A stretch of 64,000 bases of DNA from Fervidobacterium sp. (GCA_049970055.1 JBMFNR010000004.1:32001-96000); one strand, 5' to 3'. Positions 1 to 12,427 are shown, numbered from the stretch's first letter. Notes: generated by a model from the letters alone, not told the origin. Translations and numbers: made by a program.

Positions 1-274
1 TTTTAACGTAGATATCGTCTGGTAAATTTGCGTTTAACGCGTTTTTAATATCCAGCTCGCTTAGTTTATCGTTCGGACAATCGAAGGCTACAACTTGCCC
101 ACTTGCGTGAACACCGGTGTCCGTTCGACCTGCAGCGTACGTGTGGATTTGCATCTTAAATATCCTTTCGAGAGCTTTTTCAAGTTCACCTTGTACAGTT
201 CTAACATCTGTTTGTATCTGATATCCAAAGAAATCGGTACCATCGTACGAAAGCTCTAGTGCGGCACGCTTCAT
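1..274 (-). CDS. truA: tRNA pseudouridine(38-40) synthase TruA, 3'-truncated by window edge
   Basis: Not in ORF track. Manual translation from ATG 274 gives [21 protein letters not shown]...[15 protein letters not shown] (YDG and GRTDxGVHA motifs). ATGA overlap with the upstream gene's stop. Confidence 0.95.
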   Translation of the reverse strand, partial: MKRAALELSYDGTDFFGYQIQTDVRTVQGELEKALERIFKMQIHTYAAGRTDTGVHASGQVVAFDCPNDKLSELDIKNALNANLPDDIYVK

Positions 275-1929
275 AGACTTATTATCCTTCCTCCTCCTGA
301 TTTTTTGGATGTGGTCAAAGCCATTTTACACTTCTCGAGCACTTCATCAAAAGACGATGCATCTGCTGGGTACTTAACAATGGCTGTACTAACACTTATT
401 GATGGGAATCTTTCTTTTAACTTTTCTATAATTCTTTGCGCAAGCAATGTTGCATCTGATTTGCCCATACCTAGCAGGACGATAATTGTTTCATCGCCAA
501 CTTGTGTGAAAATTCCGAAATTTTTTATTTCTTCATCAACTATGCTTTTCAACTCTTTCAAAATCTCATCACCAACGGTAAAGCCGAGTGCAAAATTCAA
601 TTTTTCGAATTTATCTATATCCATATATACTATCGTGAAAGATTTACCAGTCTCTATGTATTTTGATACTTCTTCCATCAGAAAAGAATAATTTTCTTCT
701 TTTTTATACTCACTCAGGAAAAATACGGAGTACTTACTATCCAAAAGAATTCTTGTAATTTGCCAAGCAAAGAACTTTGCAAATTCCACTTCCCTTTTTG
801 AAGGTCTCATCATGTTGTAAGGTTTATCGTAGCTAATGTAACCAATTCTTTTGTTTTTATATACCAACGGAACAAGAAAAAGGTCGTTCGGATCCCACGC
901 GTTTGTTATTTCTAATCTCAAATAGCTTTCTGGTTGATAAACATAAGATTGATTTAAGTCGACGCTTCCGCTTGGTATAAAATAAGCACCGTTTATATCA
1001 AAACGTTGTTGCATAAAAACATATATTGATTTTATATCAGGTCTACGAGCTTTTAATCTTTCAAACGCTTCGTCACTTAAACCATATCTGGCGATCCTAA
1101 CTACTTTTCCGCTGCGAAAGTCAAATAAACTTAACAAAGCATATTCAAATCCGGTAATTTCACAAGAAATAGCTAAGATTTTTTCAATTACTTTATCCAC
1201 ATCATTTTCAGTACTGTCTAATGCTTCTGTTATCTTCATGAGATTTTGTACTTCTCGGGAGATTTGCTCTTTCTCAAGTCTTAACTCTTCGTACCACAAG
1301 CTGGCTTTTACCGAATAGTAGATCATTCCTACAAATCCTGAGTACAATAATGTTACATACAGTACCGATGCTAATGTAACATTTGAAAAAAAGTATAGCG
1401 TTGTTAATAAAGTAGCACCATACAAGGTAAGTACAAAGGCCGTAACCATAGGTCTGATGTAAAGGCGCAGATCTGACTTGGCAAAGATTTTCACATAGAA
1501 AGATAATAAAATTACATTAGTAAGTAAATATCCAAAGGCAAAGTAGGGTAACCTGAAATAATCATGTGGAGCGAGCTTTAGTAAAAATGTCGCGAAACTG
1601 ATCTGTAATATCTCAAATGATAGCTTAAACAAAAAAGTCTGAAATCTTTTAATGTAAACAAGTAAAGAAAACATAATTAATACAATTATGCTCTCAGGGT
1701 TTAAAAACATCAAAAGGTACAGAACTGCAAAACTTTTGAGGTTAAAGACCACCCCGCCTATTTCTATGTTTACAGATTGAGAAAATAACAGTAAAGCAAG
1801 GCTCAAAAGCATCAAAGGTAAATCCGTGCTTACAATGAGCGGTTGAGATAATGATAGAAATACAACAGATGCAAAAATACACGTTAGAAAGAATAGAAGT
1901 TCTTTTTTGTTCAAGTTCTTTCCCCCCAA
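271..1929 (-). CDS. Multi-pass membrane protein with GAF domain and degenerate GGDEF domain
   Basis: Hydrophobic N-terminal ~200 aa; GAF-like [22 protein letters not shown]-fold [19 protein letters not shown], with active-site motif reading QVGDET. Confidence 0.8.
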   Translation of the reverse strand: MGGKNLNKKELLFFLTCIFASVVFLSLSQPLIVSTDLPLMLLSLALLLFSQSVNIEIGGVVFNLKSFAVLYLLMFLNPESIIVLIMFSLLVYIKRFQTFLFKLSFEILQISFATFLLKLAPHDYFRLPYFAFGYLLTNVILLSFYVKIFAKSDLRLYIRPMVTAFVLTLYGATLLTTLYFFSNVTLASVLYVTLLYSGFVGMIYYSVKASLWYEELRLEKEQISREVQNLMKITEALDSTENDVDKVIEKILAISCEITGFEYALLSLFDFRSGKVVRIARYGLSDEAFERLKARRPDIKSIYVFMQQRFDINGAYFIPSGSVDLNQSYVYQPESYLRLEITNAWDPNDLFLVPLVYKNKRIGYISYDKPYNMMRPSKREVEFAKFFAWQITRILLDSKYSVFFLSEYKKEENYSFLMEEVSKYIETGKSFTIVYMDIDKFEKLNFALGFTVGDEILKELKSIVDEEIKNFGIFTQVGDETIIVLLGMGKSDATLLAQRIIEKLKERFPSISVSTAIVKYPADASSFDEVLEKCKMALTTSKKSGGGRIISL

Positions 1930-2046
1930 TGTAGTCTTATATTAATTGTAACATAAAAACGTAATATTTTAAACTGAATTTTATGTATATTTTGGCAATT
2001 CTATTCTATCATATGTGCGACAATTGACAAAAGGAGGAAAGAAAAG

Positions 2047-3231
2047 ATGAAAAAACTTAGACAGATAGCGGAAAAATACGGAACACCAGTCTTAGTAATG
2101 GATTTGAACGTGATTGCAAACAACTATAGACAGCTTGTAGAAAATATAAACAACTGTAAAGTTTATTATGCAGTAAAGGCAAATTCTCATATTGAAATTA
2201 TCAAGCTTCTAAGAGACTTTGGTAGTCATTTTGATGTTGCATCACGTGGAGAAATAGAGAAACTTCTTTCTCTTGGTGTGGAACCATATAGAATGAGTTT
2301 TGGTAACACAATCAAAAAAATTGAAGATATAAAATTTGCTTATGATAACGGAATAAAAATGTTTGCGGTTGATGCGGAGATGGAGATAGAAAAGATAGCC
2401 CTAGTTGCACCTGGCTCCGATATCTATGTCAGAATAAGCACAAACGGTATGGAAGAAGATGCAGACTGGCCACTTACAAGAAAGTTTGGTACAAGTGTAA
2501 ATCACGCAATAGAACTTGTAAAATACGCTAAAGAAAAAGGTTTAAACCCCATAGGATTGAGTTTTCATGTTGGATCACAAAACTACAACCCGGAAAATTG
2601 GAGAACAGCAATAAGAGAAGCCTCGATAGTTTTCGAGGAAGCTAAACAGTTTGGTGTTCAGATGAAGATGATCAACACAGGAGGCGGAATGCCTGTTAAG
2701 TACGTTAAAGATATTCCGACAATAAAGAATATTGCAAAAGTTATAAACGAAGCAGTTGAAGAATATCTCGGTAAAGATATAACAGTTATAGTTGAACCTG
2801 GTAGATCGATGGTTGGAAATGCCGGTGTGATGATTACAAGAGTAATACTTCGCAGTAAAAAAGGCGACGAAAATTGGCTTTACTTGGACGCAGGTGTATT
2901 CCACGGTTTAACGGAAACAATTCAGAATATCAGGTATAGAATCGCGGTTGATGAAAAAGAAGGCGAAGAGCTTGAAAAATTCGTACTTGCAGGTCCAACA
3001 TGTGATAGTGTTGACGTAATGTATTACGATGCTATGTTACCTAAGAGTACAACACTTGGAGATATCGTATATTTCTACTCAGCAGGTGCTTACACAACAG
3101 AATACGGTACATCTTTCAATGGCATAGCATCACCAACTATAGTTTTTGAAAATGGTATACTTTCCGAGCAGGAAACAGATGAAAGCCAAACAACTCAGGA
3201 AGAAGTTATCGAGAATAAAGTTTCAGAGTAA
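2047..3231 (+). CDS. Fold-type III PLP-dependent ornithine/lysine decarboxylase
   Basis: YAVKAN (PLP Lys), FDVAS, HVGSQ, GGG, EPGR, GPTCDSVD and GAYT motifs. Confidence 0.9.
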   Translation: MKKLRQIAEKYGTPVLVMDLNVIANNYRQLVENINNCKVYYAVKANSHIEIIKLLRDFGSHFDVASRGEIEKLLSLGVEPYRMSFGNTIKKIEDIKFAYDNGIKMFAVDAEMEIEKIALVAPGSDIYVRISTNGMEEDADWPLTRKFGTSVNHAIELVKYAKEKGLNPIGLSFHVGSQNYNPENWRTAIREASIVFEEAKQFGVQMKMINTGGGMPVKYVKDIPTIKNIAKVINEAVEEYLGKDITVIVEPGRSMVGNAGVMITRVILRSKKGDENWLYLDAGVFHGLTETIQNIRYRIAVDEKEGEELEKFVLAGPTCDSVDVMYYDAMLPKSTTLGDIVYFYSAGAYTTEYGTSFNGIASPTIVFENGILSEQETDESQTTQEEVIENKVSE

Positions 3232-3256
3232 GTTAATTAAAATTTAGTAAACTAAC

Positions 3257-3291
3257 AAAAAAGTGGAGGGGGTCTAACCTCTCCACTTTTT
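3257..3291. terminator. Bidirectional intrinsic terminator
   Basis: AAAAAAGTGGAGGGGG-TCTA-ACCTCTCCACTTTTT between convergent genes. Confidence 0.85.
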
Positions 3292-3322
3292 AATGTGTTT
3301 TTTTTATGCATTTCAAGAAAAT

Positions 3323-4687
3323 CTACCACCATCTTTTTAGTCTTTTCCGTCCGATAATAACTTCTTGCCTGTTACCTTCTTGTATTCTTACCATATGCCT
3401 GCCTGAGAGCATAGCGATTATATTTGTAAATATCGTTGCAGGAGAAACATATTTTTTAGTCTTAATACCAACGAAAAAAATTATACTAGCAAAGCGCAGC
3501 ACACTTTCGAGCACAAAAAATATTTGCAACCCAAACACGTGGTAACCTTTTACGTAAAAGTCAAATGAGTTGAAAAATCTGGCGATAGGTCCACCTATTA
3601 TTGAACCAACCATACCACCCAATCCACCAAGTGCGGAAAAAACTGCAAAATACATGGGTGAATTATTTGAAGCTGCTTCCATAGGTAAAGTGATGAAGGC
3701 AAGGTTTACTGCAGCCCAACCAACACCGGAAAGTATGGCATCAAGGGTCATCGCGAAAATCCAGTGTTTTTCGTTCATCAAAAGCCATATGGCTGGGGTA
3801 ATTGATACAATAGATAATCCGGTTATCAATACACTCTTATGCCCAAATTCGTCTGAAAGTCTCCCCCATAAGGTGTAAAATATCATTGAAAGTAAGGAAG
3901 CAGTTATAGAAGCATAACTGATGTAAGTCATAGGTAACTTCAGATTGTGAATTTGATGATATGGAAAAAATGGAGCAGATAATAAAACAGCAAAATTCCA
4001 AATAAAATAAGCTTTTGAAAGTTTTATGAAATTCTTATCATTTAGTACGATTCTTAAATCATTTAAGGAGCCTGTTTTCTTTGGCGTAGTATCATTTATG
4101 GGTAACAAAGTAATCAGTGAGACAAACGTGGTAAGCATAGTTATAACTATGACAAGCATGTAGTTGTATGGTTTTTCCACATTATCGATAATTACTGAAT
4201 ACATGTAAAATATCAAAAGTGTTGCTAAAGAGACAAAGAAATTTCTTAGCCCTAGATACTTTCCTCTTCTTTCCGGCGGTATTACATCCGATATGATACT
4301 AATCCAAACATTTCCAGCAAATGCGGCGAATACTTGACTGAGTGCAAAGATCAACATAAAAAGCTCTGGTTTACGGTGCTGTGTAAAGAGCAGCGGTATT
4401 AGAAAAATCCATAGAAACCTACCTGAATTAAATATTATAAGCAACTTCTTTTTGCTTGGCGCTTTTTCTATAACTGCGGGAGCAAAAAGTTGAAACATTT
4501 GAAAGGCCATTGGAAATGACGACACCAACCCTAATGCTATTTCATTCAAACCAAAGTAAAGTGCAATAGCTGTAAATACGACTGTTTGAGTTAGTACAAG
4601 GTAAAAGGTGGATAAAATGCCCTCCAGAGTAAGGTATAATTCATCCTTTGTACTATGCCACCTTAATTTTGAAGTTTCAGCACTCAT
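3323..4687 (-). CDS. MFS transporter
   Basis: ~12 hydrophobic segments; motif-A-like WGRLSDEFGHK. Confidence 0.85.
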   Translation of the reverse strand: MSAETSKLRWHSTKDELYLTLEGILSTFYLVLTQTVVFTAIALYFGLNEIALGLVSSFPMAFQMFQLFAPAVIEKAPSKKKLLIIFNSGRFLWIFLIPLLFTQHRKPELFMLIFALSQVFAAFAGNVWISIISDVIPPERRGKYLGLRNFFVSLATLLIFYMYSVIIDNVEKPYNYMLVIVITMLTTFVSLITLLPINDTTPKKTGSLNDLRIVLNDKNFIKLSKAYFIWNFAVLLSAPFFPYHQIHNLKLPMTYISYASITASLLSMIFYTLWGRLSDEFGHKSVLITGLSIVSITPAIWLLMNEKHWIFAMTLDAILSGVGWAAVNLAFITLPMEAASNNSPMYFAVFSALGGLGGMVGSIIGGPIARFFNSFDFYVKGYHVFGLQIFFVLESVLRFASIIFFVGIKTKKYVSPATIFTNIIAMLSGRHMVRIQEGNRQEVIIGRKRLKRWW

Positions 4688-6102
4688 CCTTTAATCACTC
4701 CGATAGGTACGCATCTTGCAACCTTCCGTGAAATACTAAGTTCGTCAACAACTTTTATAACTTCGTGTACATCTTTGTAAGCTTCAGGTGCTTCTTCAAC
4801 GATACCTTTTTTAGACTTCGCAATTAGTTTTACACCTTTTTCATTTAGCTCTTTTACCACATGTTCAACAGACAATTCACGTGTAGCTTCTCTTCTACCT
4901 AATGCTCTCCCGGCACCATGAGCAGTCGATCCAAATGCTATCTCCTCGGCTTTTTCAGTGCCAACAAGTACATATGAAGCTGTTCCCATACTGCCAGGTA
5001 TGATAACCGGTTGACCTGTGGTTTTAAATATTTCAGGTAAGTGTTTATTACCGGGGCCAAACGCTCTCGTTGCACCTTTCCTATGTACAATAACCTTGCG
5101 CCTTTTTCCTTCCACTTCATATTCTTCTACCTTCGCAATGTTGTGCGCAACATCATATAAAACCGCAACATCTAATCCTACAATCGACTTAAAAGCCTTT
5201 CTTATCAGGTAAGTTATTATTTGCCTATTAGCAAACGCATAATTTGCCGCGCAATTCATTGCACTGTAATACATTTGTCCCCATTTACTATTAAATGGCG
5301 CGTTTATTAGTTGTTTGTCAGGTAGATTTTTGTTATGTTCTTTAAGATTGTCGCGCATAATTTTTATGTAATCAGTTGCAATTTGATGCCCAAATCCTCT
5401 ACTACCTGTGTGAATTAACACCGTAATGTCACCTTTTTGTATGCCGAAAACATTAGCTATCTGTTCATTGTATATTTCATCAACTATTTGAATCTCTATA
5501 AAATGGTTACCCGCGCCCAAGGTCCCAAGTTCACCTTTTCCTCTTTCAAAAGCTTCTTCGCTTACATTTGAGAAGTCGCAGTCACATAAACATCCGTAAT
5601 CTTCTATTCTATCGAGGTCTTCGCTATATCCAAAGCCAAGGTTTATAACTTCTTTCACACCATTTATAACAATTTTTTTGAAGTCGTTCTTTGAAAACTT
5701 CAACTCACTTCTTTCTCCAACACCAACCGGAACACTTTCGTAAATACGTTTAATTATTGCGTCAAGATTTCTCTTAACAAATTCATTGTGGTCTCGTACA
5801 ACCAACATTCGTACACCACAGTTTATATCGAATCCAACGCCACCAGGGCTTATAATCCCATCTTCCACATCGAAAGCTGCGACTCCACCAATAGGGAAAC
5901 CGTAACCCCAATGTATATCTGGCATAGCGTATGCGGCCTTGATTATTCCAGGAAGCGTTGCAACATTTTTGATTTGTTCAATTGCTTCCTTATCCAAAGT
6001 TTCGTAACTGGAAAAGATAATTGCGTCAACTCTCATATTTCCTGATTTTCTAATTCTATACACGTATTTATCAATCTTTTCCAAACCCTCAGTTGGTGAC
6101 AT
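4684..6102 (-). CDS. rtcB: RNA ligase RtcB
   Basis: PDIHWGYGFPIG, GFDINCG, GNHFIE, HTGSRG, HNIA, HRKGAT, HGAGR and EEAPEAYKD motifs. Start moved to ATG 6102, which follows GGAGGTGA. Confidence 0.95.
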   Translation of the reverse strand: MSPTEGLEKIDKYVYRIRKSGNMRVDAIIFSSYETLDKEAIEQIKNVATLPGIIKAAYAMPDIHWGYGFPIGGVAAFDVEDGIISPGGVGFDINCGVRMLVVRDHNEFVKRNLDAIIKRIYESVPVGVGERSELKFSKNDFKKIVINGVKEVINLGFGYSEDLDRIEDYGCLCDCDFSNVSEEAFERGKGELGTLGAGNHFIEIQIVDEIYNEQIANVFGIQKGDITVLIHTGSRGFGHQIATDYIKIMRDNLKEHNKNLPDKQLINAPFNSKWGQMYYSAMNCAANYAFANRQIITYLIRKAFKSIVGLDVAVLYDVAHNIAKVEEYEVEGKRRKVIVHRKGATRAFGPGNKHLPEIFKTTGQPVIIPGSMGTASYVLVGTEKAEEIAFGSTAHGAGRALGRREATRELSVEHVVKELNEKGVKLIAKSKKGIVEEAPEAYKDVHEVIKVVDELSISRKVARCVPIGVIKG

Positions 6103-6126
6103 AAAAATCACCTCCATTTTTAATAA

Positions 6127-6168
6127 TCGGTGGTCGAAAGTAGAAAATTTTTCTACCCTGACCACCGA
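6127..6168 (-). terminator. Long intergenic stem-loop between proS and rtcB (terminator or attenuator candidate)
   Basis: TCGGTGGTC/GACCACCGA outer stem and GTAGAAAA/TTTTCTAC inner stem; weak U tail. Confidence 0.55.
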
Positions 6169-6193
6169 CTGCTGACAATTTTATTTGGCGATC

Positions 6194-7921
6194 TTACTGT
6201 AAATTTACTTTGTTGTGTGGGTTATATTCTTCTTTGGATTTCTTCAAGAATGAGTAGATCTCATCAAATTGTGCCTTAATTTTAAATTGTTGCCCGGTTC
6301 TCCACTTAACCTCGACCATACCTTCAGATAGGGCTTTACCGATAGTTATTCTAAATGGTATGCCAATTAAATCTGCATCGTTGAATTTCATACCAGGAGA
6401 TATATTTCTATCGTCTAACAAAACTTCTTCTGTTTTTTCTAAAAGGAAATTATATAAATTTTCGGCAAAATTCATGAGATTTTCGTTGTTGCTGACTGGT
6501 GTAATTACAACTGTAAATGGTGCAACTGATAGTGGCCATACAATACCCTTTTCATCGTGGATCTGTTCAACGATGGCACCCATTGTTCGTGATATTCCCC
6601 AACCGTAACACCCCATAATGAAAGGTTTCAACTGCCCGTCTCTATCCATATATCTTGAACCCATTGCTTCTGAGTACTTTGTACCAAGCTTGAATATGTG
6701 CCCCAATTCTATACCTTTTTTTGCATTCAAAGGTTTTCCACATACTGGGCATGGATCACCCTCTCGTACTACTACCAGGTCCGTCCATTCATCTACTTTG
6801 AAATCCCTATTTATGTTGACATTTACAAAGTGATAATCTTTCTCCATTCCACCTACAACGAAATTCTTTATACCTTTTACAAGGTGATCAGCTACAACTT
6901 TTATTCCTTTAACACCAACAGGTCCAAGAAAACCAATAGGCACACCGAAATCTCTAAGAATATCATCAGGTGTCGCAAAGGTGAGAGATTGGTCATTGAG
7001 GAAAGCCTTTAACTTTTCCTCGTTCAATTCTCTATCTCCTGGTACAAGTGCCATGAAATACCCATTTCTTCCTTTGTAAATAAGAGTCTTTACAATTTTT
7101 CTTAATGGTACATTTAGAAAATCAGCGACATCTTGTGCTGTTTTTACATTGGGTGTGTGTACTTTTTCAACTGGTTTCTCTTCTTCCTGATCGTAAAAAA
7201 TGTCACCAACATAAGGTACTCTTTCGTCGTTACCAGCGTATCCGCACTCGCAGAAAAGAATGTTACTTTCACCGGTATCTGCAAACGCAACAAATTCATG
7301 TGACTCATTCCCACCTATAGTACCAGATGATGCTTCGACAATTGCGTACTTTAAGCCTATCCGTTCCATAATATTGGAATATGCTCTTCTATGTGCCTGG
7401 TATGTTTCATCAAGTGATTCCCAATCACTGTGAAAACTATAACCATCTTTCATTATGAACTCTCTTGCCCTTAGCACACCAAACCTCGGCCTGATTTCAT
7501 CTCTATATTTATTTGCTATCTGATAGAGTGTTATTGGAAGTTGTTTGTAGCTGTTAAGCTCGTTTTGGATAAGGAATGTTACAAGTTCCTCGTGTGTTGG
7601 TCCAAGCGTGAAATCCCTTCCGTGCCTATCTTTTAATTTCATCATTTCCGGCCCATAGTCATCCCATCTGCCGGATTGCTTCCAAAGTTCGGCAGGTTGG
7701 ATTATTGACATAAGGATCTCGTTTGCGCCTATTTTGTCCATTTCCTCTCTGACGATCTTCTCAATTTTCAGTAAAACCCGCCTTCCTAAAGGCAAATAAG
7801 TGTAAACACCTGCTGCGATTTTTCTGATGAAACCTGCCCTTGTTAACAATTCTTGACTTGGTACTTCAGAATCGGCAGGTGCCTCTTTTAAAGTAGGAGC
7901 GTAAAATTGTGAGTACCTCAT
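6194..7921 (-). CDS. proS: Proline--tRNA ligase (bacterial type with editing insertion)
   Basis: [34 protein letters not shown] and GCYGWG motifs. Confidence 0.97.
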   Translation of the reverse strand: MRYSQFYAPTLKEAPADSEVPSQELLTRAGFIRKIAAGVYTYLPLGRRVLLKIEKIVREEMDKIGANEILMSIIQPAELWKQSGRWDDYGPEMMKLKDRHGRDFTLGPTHEELVTFLIQNELNSYKQLPITLYQIANKYRDEIRPRFGVLRAREFIMKDGYSFHSDWESLDETYQAHRRAYSNIMERIGLKYAIVEASSGTIGGNESHEFVAFADTGESNILFCECGYAGNDERVPYVGDIFYDQEEEKPVEKVHTPNVKTAQDVADFLNVPLRKIVKTLIYKGRNGYFMALVPGDRELNEEKLKAFLNDQSLTFATPDDILRDFGVPIGFLGPVGVKGIKVVADHLVKGIKNFVVGGMEKDYHFVNVNINRDFKVDEWTDLVVVREGDPCPVCGKPLNAKKGIELGHIFKLGTKYSEAMGSRYMDRDGQLKPFIMGCYGWGISRTMGAIVEQIHDEKGIVWPLSVAPFTVVITPVSNNENLMNFAENLYNFLLEKTEEVLLDDRNISPGMKFNDADLIGIPFRITIGKALSEGMVEVKWRTGQQFKIKAQFDEIYSFLKKSKEEYNPHNKVNLQ

Positions 7922-7923
7922 CT

Positions 7924-9339
7924 TTATCCCTCCATAATCTCGTATTTAGTGCCATCTGGCGTGTCGAGCAGTCGGATGTTCGCATTGGCTAATGCGTCTC
8001 TTATCGCATCAGCTGCGTTGTATTGTTTCATCTTTCTGAACTCGTTTCTCAAATCTATGAGATTTTGAATCAAAACTTTAAACTGCTGGAAGTCTGTTGA
8101 TTGAGTTTTTGGAGCTTCTCCATCGAATACACCTAATACGGGACCAAATATTCTTTTTACAAGGTGGTACATTTTCAAAGCTCTATCATCATTGCCATCA
8201 TCCATTGATTTGTTTAGTTCCTTCACAACTTCAAATAATACGGAAAGTGCCACTGGGGTGTTAAAATCATCAGATAGTGCTTCAATGAATTTGTCCATGA
8301 AATTACTTATTTCATCATCCGTTTTTGGAACAAGAGGGTATGGATATTTTTCTGTGAATCTATTCAGCGATTTATACACCCTTAGAGCTGCTTTCATATT
8401 ATCTTGCAGTATTTCATCTGAAAACTCCATGGGCGAGCGATAATGCTTTGACAACAAGAATAATTTTACACCATCTTTTGTATATTTTCTTACAGCTTCC
8501 CTCACCATAAACGTGTTCCCAAGTGATTTACTCATCTTATCTCCTCGTACAATAATCATACCATTGTGCATCCAATATTTTGCCGGGGGTTTGCCTGTCA
8601 AAGCTTCACTTTGAGCAATTTCATCTTCGTGATGTGGAAATATCAAATCCTCACCGCCACCATGTATATCGAATATGTCTCCAAGTAATTTTTGTGACAT
8701 TACCGAACATTCTATATGCCAACCAGGTCTTCCTTTACACCAAGGGCTGTCCCACGCTGGTTCACTGTGTTTTGCCGATTTCCAAAGAACAAAATCTAGT
8801 GGATCCTTTTTTACCTCACTGACATTAATTCTTGCCCCGGCTCTTAGCTCATCTAAATTCTTTCCAGATAATTTTCCGTAATCTTTCAATTTTCGAATAC
8901 TAAAGTAAACATCACCATTTGAGGCTGGATAGGCATAGCCTTTTTTTATCATTAAATTAATCGCCTTCACGATATCTTCAACAAAATCGGTCGTTCTTGG
9001 ATGGAAATTCGCTGCTCTTACTCCCAACAATTGTGCATCGTGAAAATACTCAGCAATAAATGTGTCTGCAACAATCTTCCAATTAACACCCCATTCATTT
9101 GCTTCATTGATAATTTTATCATCGATATCCGTAAAATTCTGAACTATTATAACTTTGTAACCTACAAATTCTAAAAATCGTCTAAATGCGTCAAAGACAA
9201 CCATTGGTCTTGCATTTCCTATATGTATATAGTTGTACACAGTTGGACCACAGACGTACATTTTTACAACACCGTTTTCCAATGTTTCGAGTGGTACTTT
9301 TTGCTTTGTTAGTGTGTCTGATATATATATTTGTCGCAT
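7924..9339 (-). CDS. cysS: Cysteine--tRNA ligase
   Basis: [23 protein letters not shown] and KMSKS motifs. Confidence 0.97.
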   Translation of the reverse strand: MRQIYISDTLTKQKVPLETLENGVVKMYVCGPTVYNYIHIGNARPMVVFDAFRRFLEFVGYKVIIVQNFTDIDDKIINEANEWGVNWKIVADTFIAEYFHDAQLLGVRAANFHPRTTDFVEDIVKAINLMIKKGYAYPASNGDVYFSIRKLKDYGKLSGKNLDELRAGARINVSEVKKDPLDFVLWKSAKHSEPAWDSPWCKGRPGWHIECSVMSQKLLGDIFDIHGGGEDLIFPHHEDEIAQSEALTGKPPAKYWMHNGMIIVRGDKMSKSLGNTFMVREAVRKYTKDGVKLFLLSKHYRSPMEFSDEILQDNMKAALRVYKSLNRFTEKYPYPLVPKTDDEISNFMDKFIEALSDDFNTPVALSVLFEVVKELNKSMDDGNDDRALKMYHLVKRIFGPVLGVFDGEAPKTQSTDFQQFKVLIQNLIDLRNEFRKMKQYNAADAIRDALANANIRLLDTPDGTKYEIMEG

Positions 9340-9343
9340 TTAA

Positions 9344-10753
9344 TCACCCCATTAAATACATATTTATTCTTTCGATGACTTCGTTTTTGCCCAAGATCTC
9401 AAGTATGTCTATTAGCTCCGGACCTTCTGATTTACCAGTTAAAATAAGCCTAAGTGTCATGTAAAATTCTTTACCTTTCAACTTTGCACTTTTTGTCGCA
9501 CTCTTGAATGCTGCGTATATAAATTCTTTATTCCAATCCTGGAGTTTTTCCAATTCCGAAAGTAAAATCTTGTAAGTTTCTATTGCTTCTGGTGTTTTTT
9601 CTGGTAATTGATCTGGTCTATCAAAGAAAAAGTCTGTTAATTCCGATAATTGAGACAGTTCTTCTATTCTGTCTTTTACAACATGTAAGACTTTTTCAAG
9701 GTACGCATCATCTACTTCTCTTTTCAAGAAAGGCTTGGCTATCTTAACGAGTTCCTTTATATCTTTCATCCTTATGTGCTCCGCATTCATCCATCTAAGT
9801 TTTTCTGGGTTAAATATGGCGGGATTCTTAACAAGCCTTTCTAGTGAAAAGCTTTCAATGAGCTGTTCTTTGGTTAATATTTCCTTACCCTCAGGGTGGG
9901 ACCATCCAAGGAGCGCAAGAAAGTTAACGAGCGCTTCTGGAATGTAACCTTTACTTTTGAATTCTTCAACAGATGTTGCACCGTGTCTCTTACTGAGCTT
10001 ACTCCCATCGGGTCCCAGGATCATTGACACATGGCCAAAAACAGGTGTTGACCAACCAAATGCTTCGTAGAGTGCAACTTGCTTAACTGTATTTGAGAGG
10101 TGGTCATCACCACGTAGAACATGTGTTATCTTCATCAATCCGTCATCTACTACACACGCGTAATTGTAAGTCGGCATACCGTTGCTCCTTAGCAATGCAA
10201 AATCTCCCACACTACCAGCCTTAAATAAGACTTCTCCCTTTACGATATCGTTGATTATAAAATCCTTCCTTGGCATTGCAAAATATATGGCAGGTCTGAG
10301 ACCTTTTTCTTCATATTCTTTTTTTCTTTCCGGTGTATTGTAAACTTCAAGCATTTCACGTGTATAGTGTGGGGCTTTACTTTCGGCGAGTAGTTTTTCT
10401 CTTAATTGTTCGATTTCTTCTGGATATGCGTATACTTCATAAGCCATGCCATTTTCAATTAGTTTTTGTGCATATTCGTGGTAAATATGAATCCTTTCGC
10501 TTTGTCTGTATGGCCCAACCTCTCCACCAATATCTGGACCTTCATCCCAATCGAGTCCAAGCCATTTAAGTGCAGAAATGAGTTGTTCTTCAAAAACTTT
10601 TTCCGAGCGCTCGATATCGGTATCTTCGATCCTGAGGATAAATTTCCCACCTGTTTTTCTTGCGTACAAGTAATTAAATAAAGCCGTTCTTGCTCCTCCA
10701 ACATGTAAATACCCCGTGGGACTTGGGGCAAATCTTACACGCACTTGTGACAT
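9344..10753 (-). CDS. gltX: Glutamate--tRNA ligase
   Basis: [20 protein letters not shown] and KLSKR motifs. Confidence 0.97.
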   Translation of the reverse strand: MSQVRVRFAPSPTGYLHVGGARTALFNYLYARKTGGKFILRIEDTDIERSEKVFEEQLISALKWLGLDWDEGPDIGGEVGPYRQSERIHIYHEYAQKLIENGMAYEVYAYPEEIEQLREKLLAESKAPHYTREMLEVYNTPERKKEYEEKGLRPAIYFAMPRKDFIINDIVKGEVLFKAGSVGDFALLRSNGMPTYNYACVVDDGLMKITHVLRGDDHLSNTVKQVALYEAFGWSTPVFGHVSMILGPDGSKLSKRHGATSVEEFKSKGYIPEALVNFLALLGWSHPEGKEILTKEQLIESFSLERLVKNPAIFNPEKLRWMNAEHIRMKDIKELVKIAKPFLKREVDDAYLEKVLHVVKDRIEELSQLSELTDFFFDRPDQLPEKTPEAIETYKILLSELEKLQDWNKEFIYAAFKSATKSAKLKGKEFYMTLRLILTGKSEGPELIDILEILGKNEVIERINMYLMG

Positions 10754-10802
10754 AAATTTATTCCTCCCTTTTATGTCAAATTTTTAAGTTCATACAAATT
10801 TA

Positions 10803-10829
10803 TACAAATGGGGGCATTGAAGCCCCCAA
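10803..10829 (-). terminator. Intrinsic terminator after rubredoxin
   Basis: TGGGGGC/GCCCCCA stem followed by TTTGTA on the minus strand. Confidence 0.65.
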
Positions 10830-10890
10830 TTCGTTCTGAATTAAAAATAGGTTTAAAACTAAAAATTTTGACCTTTAAAAAAATCATTGA

Positions 10891-11052
10891 TTAGTCTTCA
10901 AGTGGTTCAAACATATCTTTACTTACACCACAGACTGGGCATGTCCAATCATCTGGCAAGTTTTCAAATGATGTACCCGGATTGATACCTGAATCTGGAT
11001 CGCCGACCTCTGGATCGTAAATGTAGCCACATACTGTGCATCTGTACTTCAT
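10891..11052 (-). CDS. Rubredoxin (53 aa)
   Basis: Missed by track. [53 protein letters not shown] has two CxxCG motifs; GGAGG RBS. Confidence 0.97.
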   Translation of the reverse strand: MKYRCTVCGYIYDPEVGDPDSGINPGTSFENLPDDWTCPVCGVSKDMFEPLED

Positions 11053-11134
11053 TTTTCCACCTCCATAATTATTTAATCTAATAATGCTAAATAATTCACC
11101 CGCTTACGTGGGTATTTAATTATACCATAAATTT

Positions 11135-12340
11135 TTAGGATTTTTCAACTCTGAGTTTGCGAAGATTGAAAATAATTTGGACAAAGTATATAAATACACT
11201 TAATAAAAAGCTTAATATTGCCAAGCCTATGGTATTTTTGAACCAATCGAGAAACACACCCCCTACGAAAGGTCCAACTCCAAATAGAAGTCCAATGACC
11301 ATTTCGTGTAATGCCCCCTGTTTTCCGTGTTCTTCCTGAGCCGATAGCAATCCGTAAAAAATTGCAAGCGTATAAGGGACTGCATAGCTACATCCTGCTA
11401 AAAAAGCTGTTAAGAAGAACATCACGGGAATTTTAGATAATAGAACTGATATGCCTGTCAAAGGCACCACACTTAAAAGTGCAGCACTTATCAGTTCGTT
11501 ACCTACCCAAGATTTCCAGTATTGCAAGACTAAGAATGTGATAAGAACACCAATATTTGCACCAACAGTTAAGAAACCAGCGTGAGATATATCTATTTTT
11601 GATAAGTTTAGTAGTTTAGGAAAGTGTGCAAGAACAGAAGTATATATAAGCCCGCCTAGGAAAAGGATAATTCTGTACTCGAGTCTATATATCCTCATTC
11701 TCATTTTATTTTTAACAACAGCTGAGTTTTCCAAATGTAGTAACAAACTTGCTTTGGGATTGAATTTAATTGTATCACCCGATCTAATGTCTCTGATTAT
11801 CACAAATATCAAAATTGTGCTTAAAATTATTCCATAGAGAAATATTACAGGTGCAGCCTTAATGGTAAGATACGGACCAAACGCGACGCCTATTATATTT
11901 CCACTACTCCAAGACAACGTAAATCTTCCTGTGATAGAAGGTGGATCAATATCCAGAGTGCTTTCAGATTTTGCTATTAATCCCTCAACTTGGGGAAAAA
12001 ACGCGCCAAAAAATGCACCTTGCAAAGCGCCAAAGGTATACAGTGAAATTTTGTCGGTTATTGAAAAACCGAAGAATGAAACACCAAGAAGATAAAAGAA
12101 AAGAATCATCATGGTTTTCTTATATCCAGTTTTATGACCGTAAGAGCCAAGAGTGACGCTCGACAACGCGTATATGATAGAAGCAAAGAGGTTCAAAAGA
12201 CCGATTTCGAAGAACGTAAATTCTAGCTTAGCTGCTGTTGAATTCAAAAATGTACTGAACAAATAAGCATTTATAGATATGAAGAAAGAAATCACGTGGT
12301 ATAGGTGAAACGTTCCTTTGAGTTTACTAAATGAAATCAT
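11135..12340 (-). CDS. MFS transporter
   Basis: ~12 TM segments. Probable start ATG 12340 after AAGGGGG (track start 12391). Confidence 0.8.
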   Translation of the reverse strand: MISFSKLKGTFHLYHVISFFISINAYLFSTFLNSTAAKLEFTFFEIGLLNLFASIIYALSSVTLGSYGHKTGYKKTMMILFFYLLGVSFFGFSITDKISLYTFGALQGAFFGAFFPQVEGLIAKSESTLDIDPPSITGRFTLSWSSGNIIGVAFGPYLTIKAAPVIFLYGIILSTILIFVIIRDIRSGDTIKFNPKASLLLHLENSAVVKNKMRMRIYRLEYRIILFLGGLIYTSVLAHFPKLLNLSKIDISHAGFLTVGANIGVLITFLVLQYWKSWVGNELISAALLSVVPLTGISVLLSKIPVMFFLTAFLAGCSYAVPYTLAIFYGLLSAQEEHGKQGALHEMVIGLLFGVGPFVGGVFLDWFKNTIGLAILSFLLSVFIYFVQIIFNLRKLRVEKS

Positions 12341-12427
12341 CTTAACAAGTCCCCCTTTTTTACAAAGTCTTCTAGTTAAGAATATTAGCATTAATATGTT
12401 GTGTAATCAACTACTTATTTTAACCTG

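Noticed and set aside
271..1929. Calling this gene pelD
   Set aside because: No RxxD I-site and 39 kb from pelF; only the domain order matches.
10754..10890. T-box leader for gltX-cysS-proS
   Set aside because: No T-box consensus or specifier stem found; the hairpin fits the rubredoxin terminator.
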